A stretch of DNA of 64,000 bases from Polyangia bacterium. GTDB lineage: Bacteria; Myxococcota_A; Polyangia; JAAYKL01. The stretch lies in NCBI GenBank assembly GCA_050287845.1, contig JBNKCR010000065.1:1-64000 (forward strand), given 5' to 3'. The first letter of the stretch is position 1. Every line of letters begins with the position of its first letter. The notes under the pieces were generated by a model that was not told the DNA's origin, searched no databases, and was given only the letters and a program-made list of their open reading frames with translations. Below, piece by piece: positions 17,526 through 27,672 of the stretch. The translations under genes and the position numbers were made by a program.

Positions 17526-18867
17526 TGCCAATCTGCGCGCTCTCCACACGCGCACACCGGGATTGGCCACCGCCCTTGAACAGCACAGCCCCGACCCATC
17601 CCGGATTGAACTGTTCCCTACCCGGGACAATGTATCCACACTTCGGTATCGCCATACCAACGGAGACAGAACTGTGCATACTTTTCTGCACAGTCGGTAT
17701 CACCCCCTCAACGAGGCAACACGCTTCGCCGAAGGCCACGACACAACCACTTCAGTGCTGCTGTATGGATTCGGTCTGGGATACCACGTGCGCGCAATGG
17801 CGGAACGAATGGCCCCCGGCAGGCGTCTGCGCGTTGTAGAAGCAACCCCTGATATTCTGAAAACAGCATTTTCACTGACGGACTTCACCGCGCTCATCGA
17901 ACATCCCCAGGTGGAAATACTGGGAATGACCGATGAAAATGAGTTATGCAACCAAATCGAATCGCTGAGTGTGAGCGGATTCAAGCTCGCTATTCATAAA
18001 CCGTCCATGAATTGCATGGATGATTCACCGGGAGAACTGAAACTGCTCCTCACGAACTGTCTGATGCCCGGCAATCGCAAAGCACGTCAGCATCTGGCGG
18101 CCGAAAATCACTATGCAAACATTCAGATTCCCAGCCACCCGATATATGAGCTGTTCGAAAAGCATCCCGGTGAAACGGCGGTTATCGTCTCCAGTGGACC
18201 ATCGCTGAACACGTTCTGGGAGTTTCTTCGGGATAATCGGGCGCATCTTCGACTTCTCTGTGTGGGCTCCGCGCTGAAATTCCTATATAATCAACAGATT
18301 ACACCCGATTATCTCGTTCTGATGGATGCCCTTCATGGCGTTCGCCACCAACTCCGCGGATGCGAGCATCTCGAAGTGCCCATGCTATTTTCCAATTTCA
18401 CCTTCGCCGGTGCAGTGGCCGCGTACCAGGGTCCCAAATATCTCTACCTCGGAGAGCCCACCCCGGGCTTCCCGGATGCCCAGGTACTTTCCATCGGCGG
18501 ATCGGTGGCGGTGGCAGCCCTTGAAATTGCACTGAAAATGGGAATGACCCGAGTCATATTCATTGGCCAGGACCTTTGTTTCGCCGGTGGACAGCACCAT
18601 GCCAGTGGCAGCTGGCTGGGGACCAACACCCGAAGTCCGGAGCTGGCCAACATGATTCGCGTGAAAAACATTCGGAATGAATGGGTCTCCACCCAACCGA
18701 AATTGCTGAATTATCGCAATACGATTATACGCAAAATTTCACAGCACCCGAACGTTGCGTTCTATAATCTTGCAGATGCGGGTCTGGTCATCGATGGCGC
18801 GGCAATCGTGTCCACATCGGCGCTGACGGAAATCATCCAGCGAACTTCACCCAACTTATCCGAATGA
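17503..18867 (+). CDS. Motility-associated factor (Maf)/MptE-like DUF115 glycosyltransferase
   Basis: LHSRYHP, YGFGLGYH, IVSSGPSL, GGSVAVAAL and FIGQDL motifs. Confidence 0.88.
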   Translation: MTDSAILSANLRALHTRTPGLATALEQHSPDPSRIELFPTRDNVSTLRYRHTNGDRTVHTFLHSRYHPLNEATRFAEGHDTTTSVLLYGFGLGYHVRAMAERMAPGRRLRVVEATPDILKTAFSLTDFTALIEHPQVEILGMTDENELCNQIESLSVSGFKLAIHKPSMNCMDDSPGELKLLLTNCLMPGNRKARQHLAAENHYANIQIPSHPIYELFEKHPGETAVIVSSGPSLNTFWEFLRDNRAHLRLLCVGSALKFLYNQQITPDYLVLMDALHGVRHQLRGCEHLEVPMLFSNFTFAGAVAAYQGPKYLYLGEPTPGFPDAQVLSIGGSVAVAALEIALKMGMTRVIFIGQDLCFAGGQHHASGSWLGTNTRSPELANMIRVKNIRNEWVSTQPKLLNYRNTIIRKISQHPNVAFYNLADAGLVIDGAAIVSTSALTEIIQRTSPNLSE

Positions 18868-18980
18868 ATTCAGTGTATTACAAAGAAGCTCCGCAAAGAG
18901 CCGGCCCACTTCCACGTCGGTGTTCATTCCCGAAATGCAAACGCCTTTCTATTGTAAATTTAAATGATTAACTGTTGGAC

Positions 18981-19009
18981 TTGACATTCAATGTACCGAT
19001 TCGTACTAA
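18981..19009 (+). promoter_or_regulatory. Putative sigma70 promoter of the APE-type cluster
   Basis: TTGACA-N17-TACTAA preceded by an AT-rich tract. The -10 match is imperfect. Confidence 0.45.
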
Positions 19010-19046
19010 ACCGTGTGAAATTTTGAGCATGGCCGGAGAGCGAACT

Positions 19047-19316
19047 GTGGCAGACATGGATATTGAGACACTTGAAAACGAACTGAAAGATCTGATTGTT
19101 GAAACCCTTCGGCTTGAAGATGTGAAGCCGTCCGAAATTAATTCAGAAGATGCCCTGTTCTACGATGGACTGGGACTGGATTCACTGGATGCCCTGGAAC
19201 TGGGAGTTGCGATTTCAAAAAAGTATGGAATCAAACTCACCAATGACCCCGAAGAAAATCGCAGGGTGTTTGCCAGTATCCAATCCATGGCCCAGTTTAT
19301 TCTCGAGCAAAAATAA
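19047..19316 (+). CDS. Acyl carrier protein (ApeE-like)
   Basis: GLGLDSLDALEL phosphopantetheine site. GTG 19047 follows GGAGAG (alternative start ATG 19056). Confidence 0.92.
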   Translation: MADMDIETLENELKDLIVETLRLEDVKPSEINSEDALFYDGLGLDSLDALELGVAISKKYGIKLTNDPEENRRVFASIQSMAQFILEQK

Positions 19317-19334
19317 TACTGCAGGAAAAAAAAT

Positions 19335-19580
19335 ATGACCGAGCGAGATACCATATTGGCGGAAGTGAAGAAAATCCTCTGCACGACATTTGACCTGTCC
19401 GAAACAGATGTGACCGAAGATAAAAATCTGTTCACGGACCTTGATCTGGACAGTCTGGATGCGGTGGATATGGCGTCAGAACTCAGCGCAAGCGCCGGCA
19501 TTAAATTCACCGCCGAAGATCTTCGTCAAATTCGCACCGTGGCGGATGTGGCAGACACCATTATCCGCAAAAAAAGTTGA
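19335..19580 (+). CDS. Acyl carrier protein (ApeF-like)
   Basis: DLDLDSLDAVD and IRTVADV motifs. Confidence 0.92.
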   Translation: MTERDTILAEVKKILCTTFDLSETDVTEDKNLFTDLDLDSLDAVDMASELSASAGIKFTAEDLRQIRTVADVADTIIRKKS

Positions 19581-21058
19581 CGGGTACGCTGCCCACCTCC
19601 TACTCCCTCTTCGCCAATAATGGCAATGTGCCGGTTGCGGACAATGGTAGCATCAGAACCCATTTACTGAACTGCGCGGATATAATTCGCCTGAACATCG
19701 ACCGATTGTCCAGTCCGGACGATGACCGGAAGCTGTGGCTGGTGGCCGTGCACTCCCCACTGCGATTCACCGCTGCGGTGATAGCGTGCTGGCAATCCCG
19801 GGTCATCCCGGTTCTGAGCGCGGATTTGCAACCGGACACCCTTGCGGAGCTGAGCCAGAGCCTGTCGGGCATTCTGACAGACGGGGAAACGCCGACAATT
19901 GACAGCACATCATCGGCAGAGCAGACGGGGGAATGCACTCCGGCAATCTTTCGGGTGAATCACGACATACAGGCAGACCAAAGTGTCTGGTCCGGGGGTG
20001 TCATCCCTGCCAATCAACGCCCGGCTTCGCCATCCATCGTTCCCAATCCCACCTTCCCCGCAGACGATACCGCCATGGTGCTGTTCACATCGGGAAGCAG
20101 TGGCCAGAAAAAGCGTGTGGACAAGCCCTTCTTTGCCCTGTTTGAAGAGGTGAAAAATCTGGAAACCGTGTTCGGCAATCAGGTTGCCGGCCTGCCACGT
20201 CGCACCACGGTCAGCCATTTTCATATTTACGGATTTCTGTTCAACATTCTATGGCCCCTGCACGCGGGCCGTCTGTTGAGTTCACCGACGACCTTTTATT
20301 GGGAACAGATCCTCCAGGCGGGCGACGATGGCGCCTGCATCATATCGTCTCCCGCGCATCTCAGGGTGTTGTCCGGTATTGCACCTTCCCACCCGTTCAA
20401 CTGGAACAGAAGCGTGATTTTTTCATCCGGTGGCCCACTGGACCGGGCCATTGCCCTCGATATTCTGAACACCACCCGCCAGGCGCCTATAGAAATATTC
20501 GGTTCCACCGAAACAGGAGGAATTGGCCACCGACAGCAGTCGTCCGCAGAGAAAATTCCATTTTTACCCTTTGCAGGGGTATCTGTGCGAAAAAATCATC
20601 AGGATGGACTGGAAGTGATGTCCCCGTGGCTGCATCCGCGCAACCAGTGGATGGAAACCGGTGATCGCATCTCTTTTTCACCCCATGGGGCCTTTTTTCC
20701 GGAAGGCCGCTACGATACGGTGGTGAAAATTGCGGGAAAACGCATATCCCTCACCGAGATGGAAACGGTCCTTCGCGATATGCCAGAGATTGAAAACGCC
20801 CGGGTGTTTCCGTATTGCGACGAAGACAAAGCCAGCCGTGCGGTGCTGGCCGCGGTGGTGATTCCTGCTGCGGGCCATCCGATTCCTGCCAACCATCAAC
20901 GGCAGGCGATCATTCGAACGGTAAAGGAACGGATGCGTCGCCGGTTTGATTTGGTGGCGCTTCCCAGATACTGGCGATTTGTCCCGGATTTTCCACGCAA
21001 CACAGAGGGCAAAGTGCCCCTGAGTCTACTGATGGAGACGGTACGCAATGGTCGTTGA
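19577..21058 (+). CDS. AMP-binding acyl-ACP/CoA synthetase (ApeH-like)
   Basis: FTSGSSGQKK, HIYG, SSGGPL, FGSTETGG, TGD, GRYD, and PRNTEGK with the catalytic Lys. Confidence 0.9.
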   Translation: MTGTLPTSYSLFANNGNVPVADNGSIRTHLLNCADIIRLNIDRLSSPDDDRKLWLVAVHSPLRFTAAVIACWQSRVIPVLSADLQPDTLAELSQSLSGILTDGETPTIDSTSSAEQTGECTPAIFRVNHDIQADQSVWSGGVIPANQRPASPSIVPNPTFPADDTAMVLFTSGSSGQKKRVDKPFFALFEEVKNLETVFGNQVAGLPRRTTVSHFHIYGFLFNILWPLHAGRLLSSPTTFYWEQILQAGDDGACIISSPAHLRVLSGIAPSHPFNWNRSVIFSSGGPLDRAIALDILNTTRQAPIEIFGSTETGGIGHRQQSSAEKIPFLPFAGVSVRKNHQDGLEVMSPWLHPRNQWMETGDRISFSPHGAFFPEGRYDTVVKIAGKRISLTEMETVLRDMPEIENARVFPYCDEDKASRAVLAAVVIPAAGHPIPANHQRQAIIRTVKERMRRRFDLVALPRYWRFVPDFPRNTEGKVPLSLLMETVRNGR

Positions 21059-21389
21059 AACCCTCAATGATATTTGTTTTCAACAGGAACACGAAAATAC
21101 CATTACCCGGTTTCACTGCCGCGTATCCGCGGATTTTTACGGATTCCGGGGACACTTCGATGGCCGTCCCATTCTGCCCGGGGTATGTCAGCTCAAACTG
21201 GTATCCGAAGGCATATCCCTGCTCTCGGCGCCCCCATCCATTGCCAGGGTGGAAAAGATGAAGTTTCACAATCTGATTGTCCCGGATACGGCGTTTATCA
21301 TCGAACTCGAACCCCAGACGGATGCCTGGCGGTATCGCATATTCAGTGACACCGCCGACTATGCATCCGGAAAGATTGTGCTTCGATGA
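21048..21389 (+). CDS. Hot-dog dehydratase (ApeI-like)
   Basis: FRGHFDGRPILPGVCQL and KMKF motifs. Confidence 0.88.
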   Translation: MVVETLNDICFQQEHENTITRFHCRVSADFYGFRGHFDGRPILPGVCQLKLVSEGISLLSAPPSIARVEKMKFHNLIVPDTAFIIELEPQTDAWRYRIFSDTADYASGKIVLR

Positions 21390-22144
21390 AACTGTGCATC
21401 CTGTTGCCCACGTTCAACAACGTGGACACCATTGAGGGGTTGGTGGCAGCGCTGAAACCGTTCGACTATCCGATAGTCATCGTGAACGACGGGTCCGGTG
21501 AGGACATGAATGCGGTATTGCAACGCATTGAAAACGGGGGGGGGATTACGCTGATTCACCGACCCGGAAATGGCGGCAAGGGCGCAGCTGTCACCGATGG
21601 CATCCAATGGGCCCGGAACAACGGCTTCACCCATGTTCTGCAGATGGATGCGGATCACCAGCACAGCGTTGCGGACGTTCCCCGATTTATCAGAGCGGCA
21701 ACACAGCACCCGCGCAGTCTAATCCTCGGCAAGCCCATCTTCCCGCCCAACACCCCCAGAGCCCGGCTCAACGGTCGCAAAATCAGCATTGTCTGGGTAT
21801 GGATAGAAACCCTCTCCACCGAGATTAAGGATCCCCTGTTCGGATATCGCGTGTATCCGGTGCGCGAAACGGCCCGCACACTGAAATGGCCGTTCATTGG
21901 CAAAAGAATGGAATTCGATCCGGAAATCGCGGTCCGTCTGGTATGGCGGGGCGTCCCCGTGGTCAACCTGGAAACCGCGGTCACCTACCACGACGGCGGC
22001 ATTTCCCATTTTCACTATTTTTACGACAACGTGCGCATTTCGTGGATGCACACCCGACTCTTTATCGGAATGCTGCTGCGGATAGGCATCCTCCTGGGAC
22101 GCCGCATTGTCAGCCGTCTCACGGAGCGACAGGCGCACTCATGA
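21386..22144 (+). CDS. Glycosyltransferase family 2 (N-terminal half of ApeJ-like)
   Basis: LPTFN, VNDGS, NGGKGAA, MDADHQH, RMEFDPE and GGISHF motifs. Confidence 0.92.
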   Translation: MKLCILLPTFNNVDTIEGLVAALKPFDYPIVIVNDGSGEDMNAVLQRIENGGGITLIHRPGNGGKGAAVTDGIQWARNNGFTHVLQMDADHQHSVADVPRFIRAATQHPRSLILGKPIFPPNTPRARLNGRKISIVWVWIETLSTEIKDPLFGYRVYPVRETARTLKWPFIGKRMEFDPEIAVRLVWRGVPVVNLETAVTYHDGGISHFHYFYDNVRISWMHTRLFIGMLLRIGILLGRRIVSRLTERQAHS

Positions 22145-23088
22145 CAGAAGAGCGCCCATGGATTGCCCAGAAAGAACGGGGCGCCACACCGGGGATGCGC
22201 ATTGTGTTGTTTGTGCTCAACACCTTTGGCTATGCTGTTGCCCGACTGTTTCTGTATCCAGTTATCTGGTACTTCTATCTGACCGGAAAAACCGCCAGAA
22301 AAGCGGGCATCGCATATCTGAAACGCGTGCATCAACACTGCGGCAAGGGAACCCCGCCCGGTTTCATCGAGGGGTTCGCCCATTTCATCTCGTTTGCAGA
22401 GTGCACCCTGGATAAACTCTGGTTCTGGCAGTCCAGACTGGACCGGTTCGACATCCGCACGGAAAATCTGGACGTGATAAAGCCATACCTGAGTGCCGGA
22501 CGGGGATGTCTCATTCTGGGCGCCCATCTGGGCAACATCGACAGCCTCCGGGTACTGTGCCGCGAGCAGCGGGTTACCGTGAATGCGGTGATGTATCTGG
22601 GCAATGCCCAGCGCTTCAATGAGGTGCTTCGGCGCATCAATCCGGATTCCCAACTGAATATCATCAACCTCAAAGATCGCAGTATCGAAGGTGTGCTGGC
22701 GCTGAAAACCTGCATTGAAAATGGCGAAATTGTGGCCATGCTGGCCGACCGTTTTCACCCATCTTCACGGAGCCGGGTTGTCATTCACCCCTTTTTGGGC
22801 GAAGATGCCCCGTTTCCGGCGAACCCGTGGGTGGTCGCCAGCCTCCTCGAATGTCCCACTTTTTTTGTGGCGGGCATCCGAACCGGCAGGCGCACCTACG
22901 AGAGTGTGGTTCAGTTTGTCACCGAAAAGGTGACACTCGACAGGAAGCGAAGAGATGCGGATATTCAGGACTACGTGGCGAAATACGCGGCGTTTCTCGA
23001 ACAGCTCTGCTGTGAATATCCGTACCAGTGGTTTAACTTTTATGATTTCTGGAGAACCGATGACCAAGCCGAAAAGCCTGACCATTGA
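22141..23088 (+). CDS. LpxL-like acyltransferase (C-terminal half of ApeJ-like)
   Basis: WIAQKERG, AHLGNID, LADR, FLGEDAPFP and PYQWFNFYDFW motifs. ATGA coupling at 22141. Confidence 0.88.
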   Translation: MTEERPWIAQKERGATPGMRIVLFVLNTFGYAVARLFLYPVIWYFYLTGKTARKAGIAYLKRVHQHCGKGTPPGFIEGFAHFISFAECTLDKLWFWQSRLDRFDIRTENLDVIKPYLSAGRGCLILGAHLGNIDSLRVLCREQRVTVNAVMYLGNAQRFNEVLRRINPDSQLNIINLKDRSIEGVLALKTCIENGEIVAMLADRFHPSSRSRVVIHPFLGEDAPFPANPWVVASLLECPTFFVAGIRTGRRTYESVVQFVTEKVTLDRKRRDADIQDYVAKYAAFLEQLCCEYPYQWFNFYDFWRTDDQAEKPDH

Positions 23089-24613
23089 TGCGAATAAATT
23101 GACAATTGAAGATATTTGCACGGTGGCATCCGGCAACGCATCCGTGACGCTGAGCAGTGACCCCGGTTTTCTCTCACAAATCCGGAATGGACGAATTGCC
23201 CTTGAAAAGCTGAAAGCCCGCGAGCAAATCATTTACGGGGTCACCACCGGTGTGGGCGATTCGTGTACCACCATCATTCCCGGCGACCAGTCCGATGACT
23301 TCGCCCACAATCTATTGCGTTTTCACGGCTGCGGCATGGGTGAATATCTCGATGTGGAAACCTGCCGGGCCGTGCTGATAGTCCGTCTGACCAGTCTGAA
23401 ATCCGGTTTTTCGGCCGTTCGGGTAGACCTGCTCGCCTTCCTCACCGACCTGTTGCAACGGGACATCATCCCCCGAATTCCCGCAGAAGGCTCAGTGGGG
23501 GCCAGCGGGGATCTCACGCCACTGTCGTATATTGCCGCCACGGTGGTCGGGGAACGGGAAGTGTATTACCGGGGCAAGGTCCGCCCCACAGCTGATGTGT
23601 TTACGGAATGTGAAATCATCCCCCTCGATTTGAAAGCCAAGGAAGCCCTGGCCATCATGAATGGCACATCGGTCATGACCGCCATCGCGTGTCTGGCATT
23701 CAAGCGGGCCGCCCGGCTGGTAACCCTGGGCACCGGGGCAACGGCCCTGCTGGTGGAAGTGCTGCAGGTGAACAAGGGACACTTTGACCGGCGGATTTTC
23801 GAACAGAAGCCGCATCCGGGACAGATGGCAGTCGCTGCTCAGATTGCGGAGCAGATTCAGTACAATGACACCTATCGGTTAAGCGATGGTCAGCGGGTTC
23901 AGGCCACGTACGCCGTTCGATGCGCGCCTCACATTCTGGGGGTCCTCGCCGATGCCCTGACATGGATACGCTCGTATATCGAAACCGAAATCAACAGTGT
24001 CAACGACAATCCGCTGATTGATCCCGACCAGGGAGACGTGCTCCACGGCGGCAATTTTTACGGCGGCCATATCGCCTTTGCCATGGACAGCATGAAAAAC
24101 GCCGTGGCCAACATCGCCGATCTTCTTGATCGCCAGATGGCCCTGCTGGTGAATGAACGTAAAAGCAACGGTCTGCCGGCCAATCTGAGCGGTGCCAACG
24201 GCCACACCCGGGGCATTCACCACGGATTCAAGGCTGTTCATATCGGCACATCGGCTTTTGCAGCCGAAGCGCTTAAAAATGCCATCCCCGCGTCCATCTT
24301 CTCCAGGTCAACGGAAAGCAATAACCAGGACAAAGTCAGTCTGGGCACCATCAGCGCCCGGGACTGTATCCGGGTGCTGGAACTGACGGAACAAACGCTG
24401 GCAGCATTGCTGATGGCCCTGGCCCAGGCCGTGGATTTGCGGGAGCAGCGAAACGAGCTTATCCGAAGCGATCTACACCCCGAGCTGCGGCAGCTCTATG
24501 ACAGTATCCGCTCGCATACGGCGTTTGTGGAAAAAGACAGGGCCCTCGAACACGAACTTCGCGCCCTCACCGCCGCCATTGCCGGGGGGCAACTGCTGCG
24601 GAGCCGGGAATGA
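23060..24613 (+). CDS. Aromatic amino-acid ammonia-lyase (HAL/PAL/TAL family)
   Basis: YGVTTG, MIO-forming GSVGASGDL, NGT, YAVRC, DNP, HGGNF and NQDKVS motifs. ATG 23060 follows GGAG. Confidence 0.93.
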   Translation: MTKPKSLTIDANKLTIEDICTVASGNASVTLSSDPGFLSQIRNGRIALEKLKAREQIIYGVTTGVGDSCTTIIPGDQSDDFAHNLLRFHGCGMGEYLDVETCRAVLIVRLTSLKSGFSAVRVDLLAFLTDLLQRDIIPRIPAEGSVGASGDLTPLSYIAATVVGEREVYYRGKVRPTADVFTECEIIPLDLKAKEALAIMNGTSVMTAIACLAFKRAARLVTLGTGATALLVEVLQVNKGHFDRRIFEQKPHPGQMAVAAQIAEQIQYNDTYRLSDGQRVQATYAVRCAPHILGVLADALTWIRSYIETEINSVNDNPLIDPDQGDVLHGGNFYGGHIAFAMDSMKNAVANIADLLDRQMALLVNERKSNGLPANLSGANGHTRGIHHGFKAVHIGTSAFAAEALKNAIPASIFSRSTESNNQDKVSLGTISARDCIRVLELTEQTLAALLMALAQAVDLREQRNELIRSDLHPELRQLYDSIRSHTAFVEKDRALEHELRALTAAIAGGQLLRSRE

Positions 24614-25803
24614 TGCACTGTCACATCCTGGACTACGGCATCGTCTCAGCGATGGGAACATCGGTCGACGCCTGCAAATCCACACTGTTTGCCCCAACGT
24701 TGCCGCCCCTCGCCTTCCGGGATACCGCCGAAGGGAAGCCATTGCCCGTCTTTGAAGTGTCCGATATTCCCCGGTTGCCCGAAGCATTCAGGAAGTACGA
24801 TTGCCGGAATAATCGACTGGCGCTCCTGTGCTTTGAGCAGATTGCCCGGACCGTGTCCGATTGCCAGACCCGTATTCCACCCGCACGACTCGGGGTTGTG
24901 GTCGGTTCGTCCACATCCGGGCTGGATGCCAGTGAATCTGCCTACAGAGAATTCAAGTCCACGGGAGTCCCGGGGCAAAACTGCTGTTTCCACACCCGCC
25001 ATGCCATGGGCAGTCTATCCCGTTTCATCGCGGAATTGAGCGGTGCTGAAGGACCGGCGTACACGCTCTCCACCGCCTGTTCCTCCGCAGCCAAAGCCAT
25101 GCTCTCGGCCCGGGGGCTCATCGAAGCGGGCATCTGCGACATGGTCATCAGCGGCGGGGTGGACAGCCTGTGCGACCTCACCATAAACGGGTTCAACAGT
25201 CTGGGGCAACTGAGTGAAGCGCGCATCAATCCGCTGAGCGAACACCGCAATGGCCTCAACATCGGCGAGGGCGGTGCCCTGTTTGTCCTGGCCCGTCAGG
25301 GGGGCCGCATCGCCCTTTTCGGCGGTGGGGAGTCCATGGATGCCTATCATATGAGTGCGCCGTTGCCCGATGGGGCCGGTGCCGCACTCGCCATGGAACG
25401 GGCGCTGCAGGATGCCGGTATGGCGCCAGGTCAGGTACGATACGTGAATCTGCACGGAACGGGCACCCGGGCCAACGATGCCATGGAAAGCAATGCGGTT
25501 CACCGAACCGTTCCGGATGCATACGCCAGTTCCACCAAGCCATTTACCGGTCACTGTCTGGGGGCTGCCGGTGCAGTGGAAGCAGCCATCTGCTGCATGT
25601 CTCTGGATGATGAACAGAATCGATTGCCGGCCCACCTGTTCGACGGACAGATAGACCCCACGCTGCCTCCCCTGAAGCTTGTCGTGCCGGATTCCCGGAT
25701 ACCGGAATCCCGGACAGGCCAGTGCTATCTGAGCAATTCCTTCGCATTCGGTGGCAGCAACTGTACCCTGGTACTCGGAAAAACCGATGGAGGCGTTCAG
25801 TGA
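24610..25803 (+). CDS. Beta-ketoacyl-ACP synthase (ApeO-like)
   Basis: CRNNRL, STACSS, HGTGT, STKPFTGH and SNSFAFGG motifs. Confidence 0.92.
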   Translation: MMHCHILDYGIVSAMGTSVDACKSTLFAPTLPPLAFRDTAEGKPLPVFEVSDIPRLPEAFRKYDCRNNRLALLCFEQIARTVSDCQTRIPPARLGVVVGSSTSGLDASESAYREFKSTGVPGQNCCFHTRHAMGSLSRFIAELSGAEGPAYTLSTACSSAAKAMLSARGLIEAGICDMVISGGVDSLCDLTINGFNSLGQLSEARINPLSEHRNGLNIGEGGALFVLARQGGRIALFGGGESMDAYHMSAPLPDGAGAALAMERALQDAGMAPGQVRYVNLHGTGTRANDAMESNAVHRTVPDAYASSTKPFTGHCLGAAGAVEAAICCMSLDDEQNRLPAHLFDGQIDPTLPPLKLVVPDSRIPESRTGQCYLSNSFAFGGSNCTLVLGKTDGGVQ

Positions 25804-26504
25804 ACCAACGGGACATTTATCTGCACGACTGGTCCGGACGCGCATTTTCCCTCGACACGCGGGAGTCGTTCCGCGGGTTTGTCATGAATCCGCACCCCAT
25901 CGAACCCAACGTCGGATATCTCTGTGCCTGCCCGTCCGTTCCGCCCCGGGTTCGCGGTAAAAGTTCGCCCCTTTCCAGAATGGTCATGGCGCCTTTTTTC
26001 GAGATTGTGTCCCGCCACCAGCTCCCCCCCGCCAGTGTGGATGTGGTGTTTGCGTCGCGATTCGGTGAAATCAGAGTACTGGAAACCCTGCTGGAGGCCA
26101 TCTACAGCGGGGAGGCCCTCTCTCCACTGGATTTCTGCAATTCGGTACACCATACCCCAACGGGCTATCTGAGTATTTCCGCAAAAAATCAGGGCATCTC
26201 CAGAACGGTGAGTGCCGGTGAACTCACCTTCGGGGCTGCGCTTCTGGAAACATGGCAACTGCTGGCCACCGGCAGAAGTCAGCGGGTGGTGCTGCTCTGT
26301 GGCGATGAATCGGTGCCGGATTTTTTTATCCCCGGCGAAAAACATGAATTCGCATTTGGAATGGCGCTGTTATTTGGTATTGAAAAACAGACACAGGATG
26401 ATGAAGAAATTGTTCTGTTCAATGCTATATATAAAACCAGTCGTCAGGCGGTAACCGCTTTCGACTGGCTGAGAAACCGATATTGTACCAATGGAGAAAA
26501 ATGA
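25800..26504 (+). CDS. Ketosynthase chain-length factor (ApeC-like)
   Basis: VFASRFGE and LSPLDFCNSVHH motifs. GTGA overlap with the KS gene. Confidence 0.82.
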   Translation: MNQRDIYLHDWSGRAFSLDTRESFRGFVMNPHPIEPNVGYLCACPSVPPRVRGKSSPLSRMVMAPFFEIVSRHQLPPASVDVVFASRFGEIRVLETLLEAIYSGEALSPLDFCNSVHHTPTGYLSISAKNQGISRTVSAGELTFGAALLETWQLLATGRSQRVVLLCGDESVPDFFIPGEKHEFAFGMALLFGIEKQTQDDEEIVLFNAIYKTSRQAVTAFDWLRNRYCTNGEK

Positions 26505-26953
26505 ATATCCGTGACGTCGCCGTTGAGAGGCTGCTCATTCACAAACCACCGATACTCATGATAGATCGCGCCGTCTCTCACGCGACCGACGGGGTGACCT
26601 GCGAAGTGGAAATCCGGCCGGACAATATTTTCTGCACCGATGTCGGCGTTCCAGCATTTGTTGCCGTGGAATTCATGGCGCAGGCGATTGGGGTATTCGA
26701 CGGCTGGCATCGGATTCGACATAACGGGGTTCCCAGAATCGGGTATCTGGTGGGTACCCGTCAGCTCGACCTGTATTGCGACTATTTTTTCCCGGGACAG
26801 GTGCTGACCATCGGTGCGAATATGGTCTGGGATGGTGTGCATCTGGTCCAGTTCCGGTGTTATACTGCGGATAAAACCCGCAATGAGGAATTGGCCCGGG
26901 CAACGATTAATGTATATTCACCCGATAGAAATAGTTCAGAAGGACTTTTATGA
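26501..26953 (+). CDS. Hot-dog dehydratase partner (ApeP-like)
   Basis: LLIHKPPILMID, EFMAQAI and GYLVGTR motifs. Confidence 0.88.
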   Translation: MNIRDVAVERLLIHKPPILMIDRAVSHATDGVTCEVEIRPDNIFCTDVGVPAFVAVEFMAQAIGVFDGWHRIRHNGVPRIGYLVGTRQLDLYCDYFFPGQVLTIGANMVWDGVHLVQFRCYTADKTRNEELARATINVYSPDRNSSEGLL

Positions 26954-27672
26954 AACGCGTTATTGTAACAGGCGCCAGTAGAGGAATTGGAAAAGCCGCG
27001 GCTTTGCGACTGGCGGCCGACGGATACCGGGTCGGCATCAATTATCTGAGTAATGAATCCGCCGCGCGAGAGGTACTTGAAACCATCACCGGTCAGGGCG
27101 GCGAGGGCTATCTGCTGCCGTTCAATATTGCCGACCGCACACAGACCCGGGATGTGCTGACGGCGGATCTGAACGAAAACGGCCCGCCATGGGGCATGGT
27201 GTGCAACGCCTCCATCGCCAGAGACGCCCCGTTTCCCGTGCTCGAAGACGATATGTGGGACGACGTGATCCACACCAACCTGGACGGCTTTTATAATGTG
27301 CTCAAACCGGTGGCCATGCCCATGGCCCAGGCCAGAAAAGGCGGGCGAATCATCGCCATGTCATCGATTTCCGGCATCACCGGCAATCGGGGCCAGGTCA
27401 ATTATGCCGCCACCAAGGCCGGCATCATCGGGGCATCCAAATCCCTGGCGATGGAACTGGCCAGGCGCAAAATCACCGTGAATGTGGTGGCGCCCGGTAT
27501 TATTGAAACCGACATGACCCGGGACCTGATTCCGTCCGAAGTGATGAAACTGATTCCCATGCGACGATTCGGCAAGCCGGAAGAAGTGGCATCCCTTGTG
27601 GCGTTTCTGATGTCAGAAGGCGCGGGTTACATTACCGGACAGGTCATTTCCGTGAACGGAGGTATGGTATGA
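26950..27672 (+). CDS. 3-oxoacyl-ACP reductase (FabG/ApeQ-like)
   Basis: TGASRGIG, GNRGQVNYAATK and VAPGIIETDM motifs. Confidence 0.95.
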   Translation: MKRVIVTGASRGIGKAAALRLAADGYRVGINYLSNESAAREVLETITGQGGEGYLLPFNIADRTQTRDVLTADLNENGPPWGMVCNASIARDAPFPVLEDDMWDDVIHTNLDGFYNVLKPVAMPMAQARKGGRIIAMSSISGITGNRGQVNYAATKAGIIGASKSLAMELARRKITVNVVAPGIIETDMTRDLIPSEVMKLIPMRRFGKPEEVASLVAFLMSEGAGYITGQVISVNGGMV

